From positions 16,926,001-16,990,000 of the forward strand of contig OZ193909.1 in the NCBI GenBank assembly GCA_964276515.1: 64,000 nt of DNA, written 5' to 3'. Numbering within the stretch: position 1 is the stretch's first letter; each line of letters opens with the position of its first letter. Made by a program: the position numbers and the translations under genes. The DNA comes from Gordius albopunctatus (Eukaryota). The notes below the pieces were generated by a model. It was given only the letters and a program-made list of their open reading frames with translations. It had not been told where the DNA came from and did no database searches. This document shows, piece after piece, positions 27,149 to 37,811 of the stretch.

Positions 27149-30100
27149 ATGGACAATTTTAGTGATAGTGGGGCCGAAGACGATATTAGGCCTTTTTCTG
27201 TAACCGATGAAATGATCGAAAAATTGGAAGCATTGGCGGCTAAAGTAACCCAACGACAAAATCTGGCAAATGGCCCTAAAGCCTTTCAATCAAACTCTAA
27301 TAATTTACAAAACTTTTGTGATAGCAATTCCTCCATTATAAAAGTTGATAGAAGCTGCCCGATTCACGGAAATGACTATCTCCTTTCATGTCCTATCCAT
27401 GGTAAACTCAGTTATCGTGATGCTGAAGTGCAAACGGAGATATCCATGGCATCTGATTTGCAGTCGTCAAAATTTGATATGGCGCACCACGCAGGTGGTC
27501 CGGGTAATGATAACATCTTATCCATACAAAAACTTACGAGCAATCAGCCAATGATGAGGGGTTTAAATGTGGGATGTAAAGTGGTGGTGCAGGAAGACAC
27601 GGAAATACCCGAAAATTTTACAACGAAGAATCCCGTCATTAAGGGGTTAAACGTGGGTTGTGAATTGGAAATTTTAGGAAAATCTAATGAATCAGGCCTA
27701 TCTTCTATGACATCCCAAACAAGTAAAGTTGGCTCTGGGTTTGAAAGTATTCCAACTAATAACTATTCCCCAACACCTAAAACACGGGTAAAAATGAAGA
27801 AGGGAGCAGAAAAAAAAACTATCGCTTACGATGAAAAGCCCGAGAAAAGGCGTTTTCAATCATCAATACTTAAAGTTAAAAAAGGGAAGTCTTACTCGCC
27901 TGAACAAGTTAGGGACGACACTCCATTAGTTAATTTTATCGGGCACTCTCTCACAAAGCAGCACATTGGTGAATTGACTGGCAATGTCAAATTAAACCCG
28001 AGAGCTTCGGATAAAATAGATACACTTTTAGATTGGTCCGACCTTAAACTAACTGAAGAAGTTTTGGGGAAAGGACAATTTGGCGTTGTAGTCAAAGGTA
28101 CCGTAATTATACAAGGAAAATCTGAACTTGCCGCAATAAAAACAATGCAAATTAAAAATGATTCCAAGGCGTTAGACGCTTTGGAAGAAATGTGGAAAGA
28201 GCTTAAGGTGATGACTCGGATTGGTGCGCATCCCAATGTAGTTCGGTTGTTTGGGGCTTGTGAAAACCAAGGGCATTTGTATGTTGCAATGGAATTTCTA
28301 CCGTGTGGCGATTTGAAAAAATTTTTGAGAAAGGAGACAACCATTACTTACGAGCAAAAACTCAAATTTTGCTACGATATAGCATGTGGTATGGAACACA
28401 TTGCGTCTCGTGGTTTTATACATCGTGACCTCGCTGCTCGGAACATACTTTTAACAGAAGAATTAAGTGCCAAGGTATCCGATTTTGGACTGAGTAGGTT
28501 TGGCGAAGAATACATGTGTAAATCAAAAAATAAACCTCTACCAGTTCGCTGGATGCCTCCGGAGTCCATATTACGTGGAATCTACACGGAAAAATCTGAT
28601 GTGTGGTCTTACGGCGTAACTATATGGGAAATATTTACGGGATGTGAAATACCGTACAGGAACAAAGCTGATAGATCACAAATTATCGCTTACATTAAAG
28701 ATGGTAGCAGACTTAAACAACCCCTGACTTGTCCTGATAGAGTTTACACTTGTATGAAACGTTGTTGGGCTACTGAACCCTCCGACCGACCATCTTTCAG
28801 TGAAATTAAAGATACTTTTTACGCCCTTATTGTTCAAACTCGTGAATCAGTTCCTGAGCAGTTACCAAAAGGAACTGGTTCAAAAATGTCTGAAACAAAT
28901 TATCCTCCCATACTTTGTAAAAGCAACGAATACTGGGATATACCATATGATAAATTAAATTTTCCGATCAATACAGGTGCAAAATTGGAACTCCAAGGCA
29001 AAGATTTAATAATTGGTATACAAAAGTTGAGACAAAATGCTAACCCAGTTTCGGCACTATGCGTTTTCTATTCAAATCTTGATAAACGCGAGAGCAATGT
29101 CATAGAATTGGACAAGCTTAAAAATGAAGTCAACATTCTAAAAACTATTTCTTCAGCGTCTCCTAACATCCTAAGACTCTTTGGCATTTCAGAACATGAA
29201 GGAATATATTATGCCTTTTTCGAGAATCCTTCCTTGGGCAGGCTTAAAACATTTTTAATCCAAAGAGCGAGCAAAAAGGAAACGATTGAAGAGCGAATTA
29301 AGGTCAAATTTTGTTCAGGGATATGTCAAGCGCTACGCTTTCTTGCAGGTTATAAAATCATACATCGTGATGTAAGCGCAAGAAATGTGTTCCTTAATAA
29401 CGATTTGTGTCCAAAGCTTGGAGGTTTCCGTAATGCTAGAAAAGGTGAAACATATATACCAGCAAATCTCCCAAAACAAAATCCAGTGAGATGGATGGCA
29501 TTGGAATCTATAAGAGAAAAGGTTTTTACCCAAAAATCAGACGTATGGTCATTCGGAATTGTATGTTGGGAAATATGGTCAGACTGTGTCTCGCTACCGT
29601 TTGAAGGTAAACCACTGCCCGAGCTGATAAAGGATTTGGAAAAAGGCGAGAAGCTGGCTAAACCCATATCTTGCCCAGATTCGTTGTGGGCTATAGTCAT
29701 AAAGTGCTGGGCCTTAAACCCACATGATAGACCAATGTTTAAAGAATTAATGGTGGATTTTGAAGGGCTTTACAAAGCTTACACCCCCATAAGATCATGG
29801 TATATCGCTCTAAAGGAAAAAGGCATTGTCTTTGATGCCTCCCAAAAATCATTGATTAACAGTCTTAAAAGTCTCATAAAAATTTATGATTGCTTTCATG
29901 ATCGAGCTGCAGATTACTGGACTATTAAGGATAAACTTTTGAGTGTAGAAGATCGCACGCTTTATTTAGATAAATTTCAACGAATCACTCCAGGGCAATT
30001 GTGTAGAGAGCTGCCTGGTCAAAAAATTACAATACCAGCTACTGTTCGTAATATTTTGATAGCAGGTATAGAAGATAAGCAATTTTGGGATCAAGTAGTG

Positions 30101-32632
30101 ATTAAAGAACTTGATATGCTAAAATTTATTCCACGTCACAAAAATATTTTGCAGTTATATGGTACTTGCAAGTTAAAAGACAAATATTATATAGTAGAAG
30201 AATGGGCGGAGATGGGTGAGCTCAAAACTTTGCTTGTTAATTCTTCATTGACTGAAGCAACTAAGATGCTAATAATTTTTGGAATATGTGAAGGGATGGA
30301 ACATTTAGCGAAATATGGCATAATCCATCGGGATCTAGGAACTAGAAGCATTAAAGTAGCGCATGATTTTGTCCCTAAAATAACCAGATTAAAATCTGCC
30401 CAAAAAGGAGGAATATATTTTGAAAGTGACAAAACCATATCCGAACCACTCCCAATTCGATGGCTGGCTCCCGAAAATTTAACATTAAATATTTACACCG
30501 AAAGATCAGATGTATGGTCGTTTGGAATCTTAATTTGGGAAACATTTTCCAACGCCCAAAAGCCATACGGTGACAAAAGTCCAGAAATGGTTATGGAATT
30601 CATTCAAAAAGGTGAGAGGCTAGATAGACCGCCGAAATGTCCACCCGAGCTATATGCTCTGATGTCTAAAATGTGGAACGCCGATATTACTCAAAGGCCT
30701 ACCTTTGCTTCTTTGGCTATTTTAATTCGTGCCTTAATCCCACAGGAAGAAGGAAAAGATTCTGAATTGGATACGCGTGTTGCATCCGAAAAAAATGCTG
30801 CTGGTGACATATTTATGATCCCAAAATCTAAAGTAGAAATATTAAGTCGCGTTAGGAGAGGTGATGAGTCAGGAAAAGATGAACTTTGGCTAGGACGTTA
30901 TGAACTTAAGAAAGTTATAGTTAGATTACTAAAGATTGGGGATGACGCAGATGCCGATCATATCATTTTAAATAACGCCTACAACGAAATCAACATAATG
31001 AAAATGATTTGCCCACATCCTAGGATTGTAAATTTTGTTGGTTATTTCAAGGAGTCGGATAAAATGCATATAATTAAAGATTTTTATCCCAATGGTGATT
31101 TAAAAACATATTTGAGAGACATAAAAATAAGAGGAAATATGCCTAAACCAGAATCATTTTTACTTTTAAGCCTTCATATTTGCGAAGGTATGTCGTACTT
31201 AGTTAGCAAGAATGTAATCCATCGCAATTTTGCCCTCAAATGCATCAGTTTGGATGAAAACTTTGATCCCAGAATAGACGAATTTAATCGAGCAGTTCTA
31301 GGGCCGAGTTATGCCGAATTAGTGCCAAACATTAAAAATTTACCGTTTAGATGGCTTCCATTAGAATCTATACAAGGAGATATGGTATATACGGAAAAAA
31401 GTGATGTGTGGAGCTTTGGAATTACTATGTGGGAAATGTTTAGCTTTGGTGCCCAACCATATGGCGATATAGCTGACATTAAGGACATTGTAAAGAAATT
31501 AGAAACAGGCTTTATTCTGCCCTCTCCTCAATCATGTCCAGAAAGCGTGTATAAATTAATAACATCTTGTTGTGCTCGTAACAAAGACGATAGGCCAACC
31601 TTTGCCCAACTCCAAGGTAGTCTGAGGAAATTGGTAGAAATGCATGGTGTCGATGAACAACAGTTGCTAAAAAATTTCAGCCTCATGTCAAAAGAAAGCG
31701 GTAAAAAACCTGAAGAATATTGGGTTATTCCATGGGATGACATTAACTTATCGGTGAAACAATTAGGAAAGGGAAATTTTGGACAAGTTAACAAGGGCAC
31801 GCTTAAAAAACATGATGGAACGAAAGTTAAAGCGGCCATAAAAATGATTAAAGCCGGTGATGAAGGCAAAGATGTAAAGGCGGCTAGAGCAATTCAGGAG
31901 CTAAAGGATGAGGCCGAAATTATGAAAATTCTAGGAATGCATAGGCATGTTATTCAACTTTACGGGTACTCGATGAATAAGGGCATATTTTACGTGGCTA
32001 TGGAATATGCCGAAAATGGGAATTTGAAAAATTTTATCGAAATGCGAAAAAACACGGGAAAAATGTTATTAGAATCTAATATGATAGCCTTTGCAGCTCA
32101 AATATGTGATGGGATGGATCATTTAGCGCGTTGCCAAGTAATACACCGAGACCTTGCCTGTAGAAACATCTTGTTAGATTATCGTTATGAGTGTAAAATA
32201 TCGGATTTCGGTTTGGCGCGTATAGGCACTATATACGTGAAACAATCATCGGGCTCGCAATTACCTGTTAGATGGATGGCTATGGAATGCTTCACCAAGA
32301 AGATGTATAGCGAAAAAACCGATGTATGGGCATTTGGTGTTCTCATGTGGGAGATGTATTCATATGGTCGTCAGCCCTATGAAGGTAAAAATGGAAAAAA
32401 GATAATGGAAAGTTTAGAAAATGGAATTCGCCTAATAAGACCACCAATGTGCTGTGAACCAGCTTACGAAATTATGAGGCGATGTTGGGAAGCTGATCCG
32501 AATAATAGGAAGTCCTTTACTGGAATCGGAATCGACCTAAATATCCTTATCAAAAAATTACCTCCACCTCAAAATCTGGTTAAAAAGCCTTGGTACCGAC
32601 TGCCATTTTTAAATAAGTGCAAAAAAGCGTGA
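27149..32632 (+). CDS. Intronless 1827-aa cytoplasmic protein with five tandem protein-tyrosine-kinase-family domains (K1 and K5 catalytically intact, K2-K4 pseudokinases)
   Basis: Single uninterrupted ORF. Catalytic-loop motifs at aa ~425 HRDLAARN, ~739 HRDVSARN, ~1060 HRDLGTRS, ~1358 HRNFALKC, ~1666 HRDLACRN; each followed by P(V/I/F)RW and (S/T)DVW(S/A)(F/Y)G. K1 and K5 have GKG(Q/N)FG, AAIK and DFG. AATAAA lies ~35 nt after the stop. Confidence 0.93.
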   Translation: MDNFSDSGAEDDIRPFSVTDEMIEKLEALAAKVTQRQNLANGPKAFQSNSNNLQNFCDSNSSIIKVDRSCPIHGNDYLLSCPIHGKLSYRDAEVQTEISMASDLQSSKFDMAHHAGGPGNDNILSIQKLTSNQPMMRGLNVGCKVVVQEDTEIPENFTTKNPVIKGLNVGCELEILGKSNESGLSSMTSQTSKVGSGFESIPTNNYSPTPKTRVKMKKGAEKKTIAYDEKPEKRRFQSSILKVKKGKSYSPEQVRDDTPLVNFIGHSLTKQHIGELTGNVKLNPRASDKIDTLLDWSDLKLTEEVLGKGQFGVVVKGTVIIQGKSELAAIKTMQIKNDSKALDALEEMWKELKVMTRIGAHPNVVRLFGACENQGHLYVAMEFLPCGDLKKFLRKETTITYEQKLKFCYDIACGMEHIASRGFIHRDLAARNILLTEELSAKVSDFGLSRFGEEYMCKSKNKPLPVRWMPPESILRGIYTEKSDVWSYGVTIWEIFTGCEIPYRNKADRSQIIAYIKDGSRLKQPLTCPDRVYTCMKRCWATEPSDRPSFSEIKDTFYALIVQTRESVPEQLPKGTGSKMSETNYPPILCKSNEYWDIPYDKLNFPINTGAKLELQGKDLIIGIQKLRQNANPVSALCVFYSNLDKRESNVIELDKLKNEVNILKTISSASPNILRLFGISEHEGIYYAFFENPSLGRLKTFLIQRASKKETIEERIKVKFCSGICQALRFLAGYKIIHRDVSARNVFLNNDLCPKLGGFRNARKGETYIPANLPKQNPVRWMALESIREKVFTQKSDVWSFGIVCWEIWSDCVSLPFEGKPLPELIKDLEKGEKLAKPISCPDSLWAIVIKCWALNPHDRPMFKELMVDFEGLYKAYTPIRSWYIALKEKGIVFDASQKSLINSLKSLIKIYDCFHDRAADYWTIKDKLLSVEDRTLYLDKFQRITPGQLCRELPGQKITIPATVRNILIAGIEDKQFWDQVVIKELDMLKFIPRHKNILQLYGTCKLKDKYYIVEEWAEMGELKTLLVNSSLTEATKMLIIFGICEGMEHLAKYGIIHRDLGTRSIKVAHDFVPKITRLKSAQKGGIYFESDKTISEPLPIRWLAPENLTLNIYTERSDVWSFGILIWETFSNAQKPYGDKSPEMVMEFIQKGERLDRPPKCPPELYALMSKMWNADITQRPTFASLAILIRALIPQEEGKDSELDTRVASEKNAAGDIFMIPKSKVEILSRVRRGDESGKDELWLGRYELKKVIVRLLKIGDDADADHIILNNAYNEINIMKMICPHPRIVNFVGYFKESDKMHIIKDFYPNGDLKTYLRDIKIRGNMPKPESFLLLSLHICEGMSYLVSKNVIHRNFALKCISLDENFDPRIDEFNRAVLGPSYAELVPNIKNLPFRWLPLESIQGDMVYTEKSDVWSFGITMWEMFSFGAQPYGDIADIKDIVKKLETGFILPSPQSCPESVYKLITSCCARNKDDRPTFAQLQGSLRKLVEMHGVDEQQLLKNFSLMSKESGKKPEEYWVIPWDDINLSVKQLGKGNFGQVNKGTLKKHDGTKVKAAIKMIKAGDEGKDVKAARAIQELKDEAEIMKILGMHRHVIQLYGYSMNKGIFYVAMEYAENGNLKNFIEMRKNTGKMLLESNMIAFAAQICDGMDHLARCQVIHRDLACRNILLDYRYECKISDFGLARIGTIYVKQSSGSQLPVRWMAMECFTKKMYSEKTDVWAFGVLMWEMYSYGRQPYEGKNGKKIMESLENGIRLIRPPMCCEPAYEIMRRCWEADPNNRKSFTGIGIDLNILIKKLPPPQNLVKKPWYRLPFLNKCKKA

Positions 32633-32849
32633 AACTTGATAGATGATACATTAAAAGTTGTGAATTTAATAAATCAAGTTATAATATATCGTGATGACGT
32701 ATAATTCGATTAAACAAAATCATTACCATAAACTTTGATTACCATAATTGCAGAATAATATGGAATTGGTTTTAAAATCGATTTTGTTAAAGTATTATTC
32801 ATTATTATTCGTTTTTACTGAACACCAAGTGTATAGCCAGTGATATCTA

Positions 32850-34098
32850 CAACAGGTCAGATTTGTTTGGATTTTTCTGCCCGAACCCGGCCCGATTCAA
32901 TTTTTTAACTTCATTGCCCGCCCGGGCCCGCCCGAGTCGTTAAAGCTACCCGAATTGCCCTGCCCGAAATATTAAATTTGGCCGTTAGTCCCGAATTTGA
33001 GAGATCCCAAACAGAGGTCAGATTTGTTTAAATTTTTCTGCCCGAACACGGTCCGGTCCAAATTTTTAACTAAATTGTCCGCCTGAACCCTTCTAAGTGT
33101 CCACTCGGCCATGCCCGAACCATTAGAGCTGTCCGGCCTGATTAATAATATTAATTAAGAGTTAAGATCAAGCACGATATTTTATATAATAAAAAGATTA
33201 AAAAATATAAAGCTTAAAAACCGATGGACAGGTACAGCATTTGCACAAACATGGAACGGACAAATCAAATCTCCTAAATTAATGCAAAAAAATTTGCCCC
33301 GAGTTTTTTTAAATATTATATCATCGCTGGCAAAACCAATCATAGGTCACAGAATTTTAATTGATAAATAAAAAATTATTTAAATTTGTTATACTTACTT
33401 TTAGAATAAAATTTTTTATTTGAAGCAAAAAAAAGAATGGTTGTGAATTAGTTATGTATTATAAAAATAAGTAGGAATCAAAAAGGCTGAACGAAATTTT
33501 ATTTGTTAAAAAAATTAATGAATTAGAATTAAACACTTATACGCGCCGCATACATTGTGTGAAAATGGCATGACGCCTCTGTTTTAAGCCTAGACGGCAC
33601 ACATGTGTATTGCGAACAATGAAATGGCCACTTCTGTGCAAAATGTAATATGTGCAAAATGTAATATAGGCAAGGGTTAGATTTAGTGATTTATTTGATA
33701 ATATGTATTTATTTGATAAAATAGTATTATACATTTTGATATAACTTATTTTGTTTCAATTAACAATTATAGTATCCTTTTATTACGTAGTTTTTTAGTA
33801 CATATTACATGCGTATGAATATGCGTGAAAACCGGTCTCAATTTCTAAAATGCGAATATTACATTATTAGATTTTGCACATATTACATTTTGCACCAGAT
33901 TCGAAATGGCTACATAAATATAAATAATTCAATACTCCATAAACGTATCTAGGGATCTGAAAGAAATGGACTGGGGCAGAGATTTAACATGGGGGGTGGC
34001 AGCATTCGCGAACGCGATATACAATCTAATAAAAAAGTAAGAAGATAATTTACTAGGATTTATGCCCGAATTGCCCGGCCGGGCATTTCTGGTCTCTG
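32850..34098. mobile_element. GC-rich hAT-like MITE remnants (GGGCATTTCTGGTCTCTG right terminus, also seen at ~15690-15708) with an internal duplication
   Basis: aggtcagatttgtt...ctgcccgaac duplicated at ~32854 and ~33015; shared terminal sequence with the 15690 copy. Confidence 0.5.
33629..33902 (-). mobile_element. Internally deleted copy of the 11791-12485 TIR element, 8-bp TSD GAAATGGC
   Basis: gaaatggc|cacttctgtgcaaaatg ... tgcaccagattc|gaaatggc. Confidence 0.8.
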
Positions 34099-36214
34099 GT
34101 TGTTATATGCAGATTATAACAATTTTATTCTGTTTGGCTTAAAAATTTATAAACTGCCTTATTAGGTCAATCGCCCCCCCCCCCCGTTATAAAGAATATC
34201 CCGGGACGGGTTCGGGCCTATTCAAATAATAAACGATAGGCCAGGGCCCGGCCCGTTAATTTTCTAAAACCCTGAGCCTGGCTAGGGCCCTATACAAAAA
34301 TTTTATTTCTATTATTTTTATTTGGCATCTTAATTTTTCATTTATATATATATGTTAATAATTATCGTGTAAAAATAATAGATCATCAATAATTTCAGGT
34401 CTCTAACAAGTCCTTCTTTTAATTATCAGGCGGCCTGCAGTTGAAAAGTTCGGTCATAATTTTAAAAACCTTATTTATAAAATATCTGCTACAAAAATTA
34501 ATTGGTTTCATTGCTTTTCCTGGATTCAAAAATATCTAAAAGATATTATATAAAGGGAACTTTGTTGAGAGATGACCTTTAAAGTTATTTTTTTGTGAGT
34601 ATAAAAATCTTATATAAACTTTCAATAAACTTTATTAAAATATATAAACTGTTTATTAATTTTGGATGGTTGTGGAAACAGTTGATTAAGTCTGTATATC
34701 TTTAATTATCACTTATGTATTCAAATGTGTGTTGATGAATGAATGTATAAAGAGGGAAATGTATTCTATTTTCAATGTTAAGAATAAACTTTAAAAAATA
34801 TATATAATAAAAATTATAATAACACCTTTGTTTGTAATTTATATATTATACACAATTACAAATTTAAATTTTGTAACGGGCTGCGTGCTTTAATTATATC
34901 TACGGCTCAGGCCCGCTAGGCAATATTACGGCCCGTCCAGGTCGGTGCCGTTGTTTCTTTTAGAAGCTAAATCACGTCCAAGCCCGACCTGTGGGCCTTA
35001 TCGTGCAGTCACCCACTATTATAAACAATGATTGATCAGTACAAAGGGTAGATTTTTAATAATTGATGACTTTGGTTAACGGGTACATTAATATAATAGT
35101 GCTAAAATTATTTTGGAAGATTACTTCTCTAAAATGGTTAATAGCATTTTTAATTTGACAAGTTAAGACTCTTGTTTTTTAATATCAGCTCTAAATTTTT
35201 TTAAATAAATATTGAATTTTAGCAAAATAAATAGCACAAAGATTGCGGCCTAGATCCTTATTTAAAAGTTATCATGTTCACTCTATGATATTATAAATAT
35301 ATCTTAATTACTTCAAAAATTTGTGCTAAAGAGTCAGCAGCAAATTATTTATACGATAATACAAAAAAAGCTATAAACATTAGATTTAGATTCGGTATAC
35401 GAAACAATCAGGGAAACTAAAGTTAACAAAATTTCAATAAATATGTAATTATTATAAGCCTAGCAAAAATAAAAGGGGGTCCAATCTATTTCGCGGTGTA
35501 TTATGCCGAAATAGCAATAGTAGAATGCTCACTATTTAATATCCACTTATATTGAATCCTAAGACCGCACTAGGTCTCGCATAGTCTATTTTAACAATTT
35601 ACCCCGCGAAATTGACATTAATACCGGTGCTACCTAAAATAAGATGAAGTAATGTGGTTTGCAATTAAAAATTTTACCAAGCCTGATTCAGGAAATGTAT
35701 CTTCGAGGTGAGCGACATAAATCCTAATACCTGAACATTTATGTCAATAAGTCCATTTAGATCTTGTCTATGACATAATTCTAGATTAAAATAAAATATT
35801 GAAATGTGCTCCATTTTTAGCGATAAACACAAATCATGGATTTTATAAAGTTAAAACTTCGTGGTAAGGTTAACCTAAATTAGTTGAAAGGATGAACACC
35901 GTTTTATCTGCAATAAGGGAACGAGATTAAACTACAATGGTGATAGAAAATAGTATCCTATCTAAGACTTAGTGAATGATTAATCCCAACTATCATCAAA
36001 AAAATTTAAGGCAGGTTAGACAAACAGTAAAATTTTTATATTAAATAAGCATTTGGTGAAAGAAAAAATTTGTTAATGATGTTCTGTTGCCAACAAAATA
36101 TCATTATTAACCTCAAAAATAAACATTGCTTTCGGCGTTCCCAAGTCCCTGTGCAAGGCGTTAGGTAGGATTGGCTGTAAAAACCCACTCTACCTTAATG
36201 ATAGCTTACAATAA

Positions 36215-37811
36215 GCTGTTTAGCGATTCATAATTGAGTCGAGGCAATATCATCTCAGTGTACCCTGGATTTAAATGTTTGGTATCTCGACGACGCCACC
36301 CTATGTGGCCGCTCGGAGGAGATTAGTAAAGCTATAGAAATTATCAACAATTTTGGACCCATTCTAAATCTTAAATTAAACTCGAAAAAATGTGAAATCT
36401 ATCAGGCCCCTAACATTATTGACTTTCCAATTTTTAAAAATTTTTAGTTTTAGAGAGAGAAAACATATCCCCTTTGGGATCACCCATTGACGGTAAAAAA
36501 TCTCTTTTAAATTTTATTCATAAAAACCTCTAAATTTAAAGATCGAAAACGCAACTTTCAAAATGCTTGCCTGCACATCACTTTTTTTACATAATCAAAA
36601 ACTATTTTAACATTTCAAAGATTAATAATTGTTTTCGCTCATCTGGTGCATTTTTACACCCAGAAGTTTTAAAGTCGTGCGAAGACTTTTTAAAAACTTT
36701 ATTAGAAAAAATTTTAAATTTAAAATTTGATACTAATAATTGGATTCAAGCATCACTTACAACCAAATCTGGAGGATTAGGAATTCGTTCTCCCGGCAGC
36801 ATATCGCTAGCTGCTTTTATTTCCTCTTTTAAGTCGGTCCAAAACTTAATTTTTAATCTCACAACACATAATTCAGACCCTCTGCTAACTCAAGCCTTAG
36901 AGCTTTGGAATTTGAATGTCACACCCGAGACCATTCAACCTCAAAGTAAGAGACAAAAGGCTTGTGATTCTGGACCCGTATCGCGCTGCGTTGATTACCT
37001 TTTATCGAGCAGCGATGATAGCCAGAATTACAACCTTAGGTCCCTAGATTTTGATGGTTCCGGTCACGAGTGGCTTGAAGCCTATCCCAGCAAACTTTTG
37101 GTAATACTGCTTGAAAACTTTGAGCTATCATATTCCATAGCTTTAAGGTTGGGGATCAGTTACAGCAGAGAATTCGATTGTCGAAACTGTCTTTCCAATG
37201 TAGAAGAATATGCTAGGCACCCTCTACACTGCCTAGCAAACAAATATAAATGTGTTTGGCACACTAAAGCCAATTTATTAATTCAAGCTGCCCTTAAAAA
37301 GGCAAAAATCCTTTCAATTCTTAAGCCGTCAGATTCCTCTCTTGAAGGTAGGATGCGCCCTGACGGCTCTTCCCTAGTCCCCTGGCAAAATGGCCTATCC
37401 CTCAAATGGGATTTTACTTGTATTGATCTATTTGCCCCTTCCAATTTTAATTACCACCCTATTGCTACAGAAGAAGGGCGTAAAACTACAAAGTACTCTG
37501 CCCTTTTGGCATCTAATATTTTTATCCCTGTCGTTGCCTCGTGCTCCGGTTCCTTCGGTAAACAGGCAATGGGTTTTTTTAAAGAATCGGAAAACGCTCA
37601 CCGAAATCTAAAATTTCTGCGTCCTTTTTACTCAGGCAACAAGCAGGGATTCTTGTTGTACGATACAATTTTAAATCCTTTGCCGACTCATGACCCATTT
37701 TAGAAGATAATAATATAGATCTTTGTATTTAACTAATATGACTTTATTTATTTTTGTATTTCGCTTTTTTATGTAACTTTGTTTCGTGAAAATAAACTTT
37801 TTAACAAAAAT
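36215..37811 (+). mobile_element. 5'-truncated CRE-clade retrotransposon copy flanked by a ~60-bp direct duplication
   Basis: LNVWYLDDATL at ~36271, ORF 36567-37703 with GGLGIR, C..C..HPLHC, RMRPDG..PW..WD; AATAAA and short A tail; flanks 36155-36214 and 37812-37872 nearly identical. Confidence 0.9.

Noticed and set aside
27149..28030. Receptor ectodomain, TM helix or SH2/SH3 upstream of the kinase array
   Set aside because: The N-terminal ~290 aa are hydrophilic and low-complexity with no hydrophobic stretch, and only ~820 bp of AT-rich DNA separates the ORF from the astacin stop.
27345..31869. Short alternative-frame and antisense ORFs overlapping the kinase gene
   Set aside because: Shadow ORFs of a long coding sequence, with no motifs.
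36155..36214. Duplicated target as a spliced-leader RNA gene or SECIS element
   Set aside because: No recognisable SL exon plus Sm-site arrangement or SECIS core could be identified by eye; left for an Rfam search.
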